64,000 nucleotides of DNA. It comes from Methanobacteriota archaeon. Lineage in GTDB: Archaea > Thermoplasmatota > Thermoplasmata > SG8-5 > JAGLSY01. The stretch spans positions 122,658-186,657 of the forward strand of contig JAEHCQ010000005.1 in NCBI GenBank assembly GCA_020696385.1, read 5' to 3'. Position numbers and translations under genes: made by a program. The notes beneath the pieces were generated by a model, which was not told the origin of the DNA, did not search any database, and worked only from the letters and a program-made list of their open reading frames with translations. Of the stretch, positions 56,586-64,000 are shown piece after piece (within the stretch, counting starts at the first letter, position 1; each line of letters starts with the position of its first letter).

Positions 56586-57362
56586 CTATTCCTTTCCTTC
56601 CATTGCTTCGATCGCTAATTTCACGCTGTTAATCATTCTGTTGAAAGACTTGGCCAGTGTTCCGATCTCATCATCTCCTTCGATGTCCAAGAATTCCACA
56701 TCTTTCTTGCCAGAGCTTACATCATCAGCTGCTTTCGTCATCAATATTATAGGATCTGAAATGCTCTTTGAGGCCGCGAATGTGAATATCAAGCCAAAGA
56801 CAAGGACCAATATCATCATGATAATAACGAGTTGATTTGCAAAAGCCAGAGAATCATCCAATTCGACAATCTGGGTATCCATATCGTCCTTTGCTTCATC
56901 CTCTATTCCACCTAGATATTCCTTGAATTCCTCGGTCTGCTCATCCATCTCTTCAACAGATTCATCGATCGCTGCATCATTGCCAGTATCAACAACCATA
57001 CATACTTCTGATATTGTTTCGTAAAATTCATCCAAAGAGGCATCTACCTCATCAAGGATCGCCTGTTCGAATAGTCCCGAGTTGTCCATTCCCAAAACAT
57101 TTGATTCGATTTCTTCTTTGAACTCCTCGATCTCTTCAATGGCCTCTGGCTCCTCGTTCACATAGCACATTGTAGCACCCTGCATTGCGTAGATATTCGT
57201 TCTCAGGTCCATGACGGACTTCGAGCCAGCCCAATATTTATCATCGATCTCATCCAGTTGCTGCGCGGTGTCTTGGTTCATGTAAAGGGCTACACCCCCG
57301 ATCATGGCGACCAGCATGATTATTGTAAGATATCCTGCCAATAATTTAGTTCTTATCTTCAA
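56586..57362 (-). CDS. Membrane sensor: TM - four-helix-bundle-like sensor - TM - HAMP, no output domain
   Basis: KIRTKLLAGY (MCP-like N-terminus), ISDPI..MTKAAD.VSSG, DDEIGTLAKSFNRM; GGAGGT RBS before TTG 57362. Confidence 0.8.
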   Translation of the reverse strand: MKIRTKLLAGYLTIIMLVAMIGGVALYMNQDTAQQLDEIDDKYWAGSKSVMDLRTNIYAMQGATMCYVNEEPEAIEEIEEFKEEIESNVLGMDNSGLFEQAILDEVDASLDEFYETISEVCMVVDTGNDAAIDESVEEMDEQTEEFKEYLGGIEDEAKDDMDTQIVELDDSLAFANQLVIIMMILVLVFGLIFTFAASKSISDPIILMTKAADDVSSGKKDVEFLDIEGDDEIGTLAKSFNRMINSVKLAIEAMEGKE

Positions 57363-57641
57363 GCCTATACCTCCTCTCGGATTAACTATTGACAACGTTA
57401 ACTATAATTAAATACTTTTCGCTGAAATGTTAGGGCTCGTATTAATAACATAACAAAAAGATGATAGCGCATCTTAAAAGAAATTGTAATATCAAGCGCG
57501 ATCTTGGATAACATATGTTTGAAGATATGCTGATCATTTTATGGTTTCATACATACTTGGTCAACAAATCCGGGCTATCCGTGGGGAATCCCAAATAAGG
57601 TTCAAATATCCATTATACATATTTATCATTAGGTGAATAAA

Positions 57642-58253
57642 ATGTTAACTTTCGGCCGTGAAGGCCTCAGTGAGCTTAGGATAAAAGAAGGAAAGACCCT
57701 GGAGATCGGGGGGTCAAAAGACCCATTGGACGGAACCTGGACCAAGTCCAGCCCGGCCTGGAAGAAGATGAGCCTAATTCAAAGAGGGCTCGGAATGGTA
57801 TTCATGTTTCTCGCTTACTCCCCAATGATCATTATATTGGTAGGGATTAGCGGCAATATATGGCTCGGATTGATGTTCCTGATACCACTCTTATTGACTG
57901 TCATTGGAACACTGGCATTGATGAGATGGACCATCAAAAAGAACTACGAGAACTTCAGATACAGGATAACTGACGAAGAGCTGGTCGTTGAATCCGGCTT
58001 TCTCACAGTGAACAAGGTTCTGATACCTCTCGTGGGAATTCAGAATGTCAAGGTCATCCAGACCTGGTGGGGCAAAAGATATGGCCTGAAAAATGTAATC
58101 GTTGACACTGCCGGCAGATCGTATGTACCCAATAACCCAGGCCTATCATATGTAGGCGGTTCCCTTGTGGGACTGACAAATGCAGATGAGGTTGCCGATG
58201 CGATCCTGTCAAGAGTGAAAGAGGTCAAAACAAGAAATGGCTCAAGAGTATAA
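57642..58253 (+). CDS. Membrane protein with bacterial PH (bPH_2/DUF304) domain
   Basis: 2 TM helices, YRITDEELVVESGFL, IPLVGIQNV..Q....RYGL, DTAG. Confidence 0.8.
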   Translation: MLTFGREGLSELRIKEGKTLEIGGSKDPLDGTWTKSSPAWKKMSLIQRGLGMVFMFLAYSPMIIILVGISGNIWLGLMFLIPLLLTVIGTLALMRWTIKKNYENFRYRITDEELVVESGFLTVNKVLIPLVGIQNVKVIQTWWGKRYGLKNVIVDTAGRSYVPNNPGLSYVGGSLVGLTNADEVADAILSRVKEVKTRNGSRV

Positions 58254-58279
58254 AGAGCCATTTTATTTTTTATTTTTTA
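58235..58279 (+). terminator. Hairpin + T-tract terminator
   Basis: AAATGGCTC...GAGCCATTT followed by TATTTTTTATTTTTT. Confidence 0.55.
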
Positions 58280-58420
58280 TATCAGATATATTATAAATGG
58301 GCAGTAAAGAAGGATCTGGTCGAGAAAGCTAAAGCTCGTCTGGTAGCCCAGTAAAAACAATAAGAACAACTAAATGATTCAATAAACAACAATTTAACAA
58401 CAAAGATCAGCAGGATAAAC

Positions 58421-58650
58421 GGGAAGGGAGGAGCCGGAGTAAAAGGTAATGTAGGAACATCGCTCCTTTAACTCTAGCCCCTCCCTTTCAGCTATACCAG
58501 TAGTATGCTGAAAGTCGCTGAAAAACAAAGTGATCAAACATAAATGTAGTATAAACAATTTCGAATATTCATTATAATAATAGGGAAGGGAGGGGCTAGC
58601 CTTGTCAGAAGGGATGGGATGCACTCTAACAACTAGCCCAAAATCCCTAT
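58421..58650. ncRNA. Candidate structured RNA(s): three hairpins, two sharing a GGGAAGGGAGG.GC arm
   Basis: Stems at 58422-58489, 58485-58514 and 58580-58650 within a 600-bp AT-rich intergenic region. Confidence 0.4.
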
Positions 58651-58870
58651 GACTTGAATGTTCGTAGTTATATATAATACTTTGGAATTATGTTTATATA
58701 TACAAATGTTAAAATTTAATAGGTCTTATGTTAATCGTGGCTTTTTTTTCCTTTAAGTATAGTAGATTTTCATACTTAATAAAACATTCGATACTAGAAT
58801 TGGATAATTTATCAATAATTATAGAGAAAATTCAAGTCCGCAATTATAAATATTCGCATATCTTTATTAC

Positions 58871-60034
58871 ATGATGATGTCAGATACCCCAGTAAATAGA
58901 AGGCCTCAAGCATTCTGTGACACATGCGGATCACAGGCAGCGTTCATCGTTGACCATCAACGCTGGTATTGTTCAAAATGCAGAAGATACCTGGACGCGA
59001 ATGCAGGACAAACAGAAACACCCACGGTACAGCATCAATACACAAATGCATCACCACCCCCAGGGATCCATGCTGGCGCACAGACACAGCAACAATACCA
59101 ATATCCATCACAGGTCAATTATCAACAACCTGTACAGCAAGTGGGACCTTATGGCCATTATCAGAATTATCAACAACCCGTGCAACAATATGGCTATGCG
59201 CAACAAGATGCCTATCACCCCAATATACCAAATGAGAACATGGCGAAGGCCAAGATACACAATAGCATATCTCTAAGGAGCAGGTCGGATAATATAGTTT
59301 CAACCGCCTGGCCAGGGGTACTGATAATCATTCAATTGATCCTGATCTGCACGGTCGTATTTGGAATTCTATATGCTTTTGATACGAGTGATACACTTGT
59401 GGATCCCTATGTTGGAGGTGTGCCATCGGAATTCCTCCTGGTGCTGGGTCTGGGATTCATCATACAGATATTATTTACATTATTTCAATCGTATCTTGTT
59501 TACATACTTGTCCTCAGGATGGACGATCATCTTGAGAGAGATGGACTACTCAGAATGGGCATTTTGGAATTTCTTGATTCCAGGTCCATGGCCACAAGGA
59601 CGGATATAAACGTGGAGAGATGGACCATCAATACCATCAATATGAGCGCGTACATGAAAGAGAGAAAGAAGGGAGCCATAACCTGGGCCGTATTGGTCGG
59701 GGTATTTTCCTTCATACCGATCATCGGCACCCTGTTCCTGATGTACGTTCTTCATAATCTCACGGACGGTCTGATAGATCATGATTTCAATCAGCTCAAT
59801 TTCAATCGCCAGCTCAATTGGTCATTGGCCAAGCTCAATAGGCCGATGGTCGCAGCCGCGGGCTGGATGAACCTGCCACGCAGAAGCACCGGGATGTACG
59901 TGATCCTCACATTGATCACCCTCGGATTCTTCCTACCCTACTGGTGGTATGTGATCATCACGGATTGGAACGAACATTTCCAGAACCAGTGGAGGTTCGA
60001 GGATGAGCTATTAGCCAATATAAGCAAGGAATGA
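58871..60034 (+). CDS. Zinc-ribbon + Gln/Tyr-rich region + multi-pass membrane (DUF4234-like) protein
   Basis: CDTCG...WYCSKC; duplicated NYQQPVQQ; LTLITLGFFLPYWWY...WNEH. Confidence 0.7.
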   Translation: MMMSDTPVNRRPQAFCDTCGSQAAFIVDHQRWYCSKCRRYLDANAGQTETPTVQHQYTNASPPPGIHAGAQTQQQYQYPSQVNYQQPVQQVGPYGHYQNYQQPVQQYGYAQQDAYHPNIPNENMAKAKIHNSISLRSRSDNIVSTAWPGVLIIIQLILICTVVFGILYAFDTSDTLVDPYVGGVPSEFLLVLGLGFIIQILFTLFQSYLVYILVLRMDDHLERDGLLRMGILEFLDSRSMATRTDINVERWTINTINMSAYMKERKKGAITWAVLVGVFSFIPIIGTLFLMYVLHNLTDGLIDHDFNQLNFNRQLNWSLAKLNRPMVAAAGWMNLPRRSTGMYVILTLITLGFFLPYWWYVIITDWNEHFQNQWRFEDELLANISKE

Positions 60035-60038
60035 TCAC

Positions 60039-60563
60039 GTGAGCGAGAACATCAAATTACCCTCAAAATACATCCTGGCCTCTTTCGGACTGGGGATGAT
60101 ATCCGCCTTCGTCGCCATATGGGGCGAATACGGTTTGATGTTCAATAATTTTGGAGTCGTATTCCTTGATCCTACAGCTCTGGCAGTCTTTTCCGCGGTC
60201 ATGGTGGCTCCTCTTGTGGAGGAGCTAGCCAAACCCCTGGGATTGTATATCATCCAGGGAGAGGAAGAGCCAAAGTTGAGCCTTCAGAACTGGGTATTGC
60301 TTGGTGCGATATCTGGTCTGGGTTTCGCAGTACTGGAGAATATCCTGTACGCCTCCAGTGTGATGGTATATGGTACTGATATCGCTCTTTCACTTCTTCT
60401 GCTCAGATTCCTGCTGCCACTTCACATGGTGGCATCCGCGATAACCGGGCTTGGATTCGGCCTCTGGATAAAGACCAAGAATGGTTTCTATTTCGTCATA
60501 TGCATATTCATCGCGATGCTGATCCACGCGATGTTCAATTTCTCCGCTATATTTGTTGGCTGA
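60039..60563 (+). CDS. PrsW-family intramembrane glutamic metalloprotease
   Basis: APLVEELAK, GLGFAVLEN, LHMVAS, IHAMFN. Confidence 0.88.
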   Translation: MSENIKLPSKYILASFGLGMISAFVAIWGEYGLMFNNFGVVFLDPTALAVFSAVMVAPLVEELAKPLGLYIIQGEEEPKLSLQNWVLLGAISGLGFAVLENILYASSVMVYGTDIALSLLLLRFLLPLHMVASAITGLGFGLWIKTKNGFYFVICIFIAMLIHAMFNFSAIFVG

Positions 60564-60585
60564 CAAGCCAACCGGGTTGGTTGAC

Positions 60586-60933
60586 ATGGAACTACCCAAA
60601 GGAACGATGACTGGACTGATGAAGGTCCTTGCACCCCTCCTAATGTGGATGAGCGTGGGCTGGTTCGCCTACCCGTACCTGATAGGAGATATCGCAAGTG
60701 CCGCGGGCGAGACCATCGATATGGATGAATTGAAATTATTCTCATTCATCATGGCTGGCGTGTGCCTCGGCCTCGGAATAATGTTCCTCGCACTTGGATT
60801 CGGTGGCAAGAAGGTCGATGAAAATGATTTCAAAAGGATGACAGGGGAGCTGGTCATCTGCAAGCATTGTAAGAAAGAGATCGAGAAAGATATCACCATT
60901 ATCACTTGCACCCAATGCGGTAAATATCTTTAA
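60586..60933 (+). CDS. 2-TM protein with C-terminal zinc ribbon
   Basis: CKHC...CTQCG. Confidence 0.7.
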   Translation: MELPKGTMTGLMKVLAPLLMWMSVGWFAYPYLIGDIASAAGETIDMDELKLFSFIMAGVCLGLGIMFLALGFGGKKVDENDFKRMTGELVICKHCKKEIEKDITIITCTQCGKYL

Positions 60934-61015
60934 TATCGGTAAATATATAATTATAACTATATAGATTACATTATATTATATTCAATTTTATATTAATTAG
61001 TCGTATATAAAAGAG

Positions 61016-61050
61016 ACCGCCAGCTTTGATTTGCTGGCGGTATTTTTCTT
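61016..61050. terminator. Hairpin terminator between convergent genes
   Basis: ACCGCCAGC-tttgattt-GCTGGCGGT then ATTTTTCTT. Confidence 0.7.
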
Positions 61051-61083
61051 TCTGTGCAGACTATCCATGCGATAGTAAGGCGA

Positions 61084-62076
61084 TCAGATCTTCCTTATCT
61101 TTCCGAGGATGGGCTCATAGACAAGTCCTTTGTCCAGTAATCCCATTATCGCTTCCTCGAAGTCCGGCTTGCTGATCTTCTTCTTCTTTGCCCCGGCCTC
61201 GATATCCGACCATTCCACGCCACTACCGGAATCATCCAGCTTTTCGACAACATCCAGTATCTTGGATTCATGGTCAGTTAGCTCGTCATCGCCACCATCT
61301 TCGCCATCACTGTCGCCTTCTGGACCTTCTGTTGGCACCTCTTCGGATTTCACATCCCCAGACATGACCTCGATGGCCTCTTCTTCCATATCGTCGTAAT
61401 CCAGATATTCCAGATCCTCGTCCGGAATATCCGGCATCAAATCATCCTTCTCACTCTTATTCTCCGGGAGAAGGTAATTCAAGGATTCGCGAAGTAGATT
61501 GTAATATCGATCTGTTGGCACATCGGGGTATTCCTCCAGGGCGATCATCAGGCCTTTGCTGAGAGATTCATTGTAACCCAGCTCCATCAATTCCTCCACG
61601 GAAGGTGAGGACATGTTCTTTGCCTCATTATAAGCCTCCAGTCTTTCCTTCAGGGCCTTGCAGGATTCCAGAACCCAATAGTCACGCACATCCTCGGTCA
61701 CCGTTCGCACGACCTCCGGGCTGATGGAAACATACATCACACCTTCCTCGGGGGAATATGTTCTGGCCTTTCCGATGATGGCCACGAAGGCCGGTGGGTG
61801 GACCTTGGAAAGTGCAAGCGCGGCCTCGGGTTGATACTGGCCAGCGGATATGTAATAGGTTCCTGTTGGATCGTTCATCCTCGCCCTCCACATAGGTTCG
61901 GCCGGTGAACCCAGGTTCTCGATGTCGGTAATTACCCCGACAGCGAATATGCGGTTCATCCTGGCACCCAATGGAGATATAAGGAAACTCGGGCTCATCT
62001 CTTCCTGGCCTTCGATCTTGATCCTGGAATCATTGAACTCGGCGGCGAATACACGCCATGCGACCTGTCGCTTCAT
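61084..62076 (-). CDS. RPA-associated OB-fold protein (RPA2-like) with acidic linker and C-terminal winged helix
   Basis: RQVAWRVFAAEF, SPLGA..NR, DPTG..Y..AGQYQPEA, GLVYEP; GGAGGTGA RBS before ATG 62076. Confidence 0.85.
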   Translation of the reverse strand: MKRQVAWRVFAAEFNDSRIKIEGQEEMSPSFLISPLGARMNRIFAVGVITDIENLGSPAEPMWRARMNDPTGTYYISAGQYQPEAALALSKVHPPAFVAIIGKARTYSPEEGVMYVSISPEVVRTVTEDVRDYWVLESCKALKERLEAYNEAKNMSSPSVEELMELGYNESLSKGLMIALEEYPDVPTDRYYNLLRESLNYLLPENKSEKDDLMPDIPDEDLEYLDYDDMEEEAIEVMSGDVKSEEVPTEGPEGDSDGEDGGDDELTDHESKILDVVEKLDDSGSGVEWSDIEAGAKKKKISKPDFEEAIMGLLDKGLVYEPILGKIRKI

Positions 62077-62143
62077 TACTTCACCTCCTGTTTCACAGCA
62101 GGCTTGTATTGAACTATCATTATCATATACTGAATTACGTTCA

Positions 62144-63799
62144 CTATATCGCCTCCAGCAAGGTCCTGGCCTCATTTTCAACATCGAGCTTCAGAAACTC
62201 GATGTCATTTACAATCATGATCAATCCGAAATCATCGAAAGATACACTTCCAATCGCGCGGACTGGCCTGGCGACCATCAGCTCGGAGAATTGATCCTGG
62301 ATGACGCTGTAATCCATGGCGTCCTTGGCTTCGGAAAGACAATCATCTATTGACTTTTTGATAAGTTTCTCGGAAAGATCTCTAGCTATGACCGCAGTCA
62401 TCGCTCCTGTGCCATCATCCACAACGGCCTTCACACGCATGTCCGGTATTCCTTCCACCTTCTCGTGGATCTTGCAGATGTTCTTCTTGATCGCCCGGTT
62501 GCATTCCGGGCATCGGAATATCAGGCCGCTGCCATCGCGCACGTCCAGCACCATACCGTCGACCGAGGCGTCCAGCATGCCGCCACTTTTCACCAGGCCT
62601 TTGATATCCATGGCCACTGGCTTGGACAGTTCTTCGGCTTTCGGCAATTTGGCCTTCGATTTCTCGATATTATCCATATCGAAATTAAGCTGGGGCATTC
62701 CCCTCCAGGCGCGGATATAGGCATTGTTGACCTGCACTACATCGCCAATTTTGAATTTAGCCTCGCCCCAGCAAGTGTATGATATCTTGCCAGTTTCGTC
62801 AGCCAGGGTTCCTGAAAGGAGGGTCTTTTCCTCGTCCTTCACTGTCACCATTCTCTGTTCCCTTGTGATGATCCTGGCGACCACGTTCAAACCGCGCTCG
62901 CCATCCTTGATCTCGCCGATCTTCACATCCCGACCTGGACCATCTGGTCCTCGGGCAACAGGTGGCAGGGCGTCCTTATCCTCCATGTCCACAGTAGCTC
63001 GCTCTCCGAGATTGATCTGGGGCTCGCCATTCCATTCGGTGATATAAGCAGAGCCAATGCGAATGACATCGCCCTTTTCCAGCTTCAGGTCGCCCTTCTC
63101 CCATATGGTGAATGGACAGGTTCCGGTCTCATCACCTATGATACCCGAGAATATCTCCTTCTTTTCCCCTCTGGCAGTGATCTCTCTCTCGGCTACGAAA
63201 ACCACGCGGACAAGCATATTGGCATCGAAATCTCCCAGATCCTTTAGATCGGAGACTTTCACATCCTTGACTTCCTTGGGCTTGCCACCGCCACCACCGC
63301 CGCCTCCCTTGGTGGGGGGTAAGGCATCCTTTGATTCCATGTTTATTACGCCACGATTGCCGACATTGATCTGCACCTCTTCCTTGTACTCCGTGGTGTA
63401 AGCGGCTTCTATGCGTATGACGTCTCCTTTTTCCAGCTTCAGATCGCCCTTCTCCCAAACTGTGAAAGAACACGAGCCAGTATTGTCTGCCAAGAATCCT
63501 GACAATATCTGCTTCTGCTCTCCTTTGGCAGTTATCTCTCTCTCGGCCACGAAGGTCACTCTCGCCAGTATATTGACGGAGTTATCACCCGGCTCAAGTT
63601 CTGAAATTGTTCTGACAACATCGTCAAGATCTGCCAGAGAAATGTCAAATTTCTTCGCAATGCTTCGCATCGCCTCTCGAGCCGGAATCTTAAAATCAAC
63701 TACGAACTTCAAAAATTCTTCTTCTATCTCTTTTCTATCAGCCTTATCGCCAATGGCTTCCATAAGGTCATCTATGTTCTTTGCGTATTTCTTATCCAT
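62144..63799 (-). CDS. rpa: Replication protein A (multiple OB folds + Zn finger)
   Basis: Three D(E/N)TG...FT.W OB repeats; RCPECNR...CKIH; VDDGTG. Confidence 0.9.
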   Translation of the reverse strand: MDKKYAKNIDDLMEAIGDKADRKEIEEEFLKFVVDFKIPAREAMRSIAKKFDISLADLDDVVRTISELEPGDNSVNILARVTFVAEREITAKGEQKQILSGFLADNTGSCSFTVWEKGDLKLEKGDVIRIEAAYTTEYKEEVQINVGNRGVINMESKDALPPTKGGGGGGGGKPKEVKDVKVSDLKDLGDFDANMLVRVVFVAEREITARGEKKEIFSGIIGDETGTCPFTIWEKGDLKLEKGDVIRIGSAYITEWNGEPQINLGERATVDMEDKDALPPVARGPDGPGRDVKIGEIKDGERGLNVVARIITREQRMVTVKDEEKTLLSGTLADETGKISYTCWGEAKFKIGDVVQVNNAYIRAWRGMPQLNFDMDNIEKSKAKLPKAEELSKPVAMDIKGLVKSGGMLDASVDGMVLDVRDGSGLIFRCPECNRAIKKNICKIHEKVEGIPDMRVKAVVDDGTGAMTAVIARDLSEKLIKKSIDDCLSEAKDAMDYSVIQDQFSELMVARPVRAIGSVSFDDFGLIMIVNDIEFLKLDVENEARTLLEAI

Positions 63800-63979
63800 T
63801 ATTTCACTCCAAGGTTCACGTTTTTTTGTTTATGGTGAACGGTAGAAGTCCTATATTGAGAGATGATATATAAGGATAGAGGAAGGGTGAGTGAAAGTAT
63901 TCGAATTCATATAGTAAGACAAACAAAGCAAGTAATTAATATATCAAAATTTAATACGGGGGCGGTTGGAGTAATCCCT

Positions 63980-64000
63980 ATGAAACTCGAAGAACATCTG
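63980..64000 (+). CDS. Possible start of a gene running off the window (MKLEEHL)
   Basis: ATG after GGAG; only 7 codons visible. Confidence 0.25.

Noticed and set aside
58660-58870. AT-rich region as a replication origin
   Set aside because: No ORB-like GTTCCAGTGGAAAC/G-string repeats and no cdc6/orc1 gene nearby.

Overview
Archaeal chromosomal window, most likely Thermoplasmatota. This is inferred from AglB, an archaeal-type LeuRS, Hef, the RPA/RPA-associated pair, BRE/TATA promoters, GGTGA-type RBSs and TSP3-repeat surface proteins. Housekeeping and repair genes (aglB, leuS, hef, Ski2-like helicase, ogt, rpa) flank several accessory loci. The most unusual is a ~15 kb signalling/membrane cluster (23.6-38.6 kb). 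It encodes a TRAFAC-type GTPase, a HerA-like ATPase fused to a roadblock/longin-like domain, an SPFH-coiled-coil-zinc-ribbon scaffold, a PP2C phosphatase and a Ser/Thr kinase-FHA protein. It also encodes three membrane-anchored Gln-rich paralogues that all end in the same beta-rich domain and the identical tail IKVGGTEIY. The kinase carries a divergent copy of that domain and an adaptin-ear-like C-terminus. Other points of interest: a citF-ccl-citF operon without citD/citE, a STAND-like ATPase with the same roadblock-like domain inserted inside its NTPase, two structured non-coding regions (6.5 kb and 58.5 kb), an output-less HAMP sensor and a 2230-aa surface protein. No rRNA, tRNA, CRISPR array or intact transposase was recognised. 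All calls are motif recognition by eye; no searches were run.
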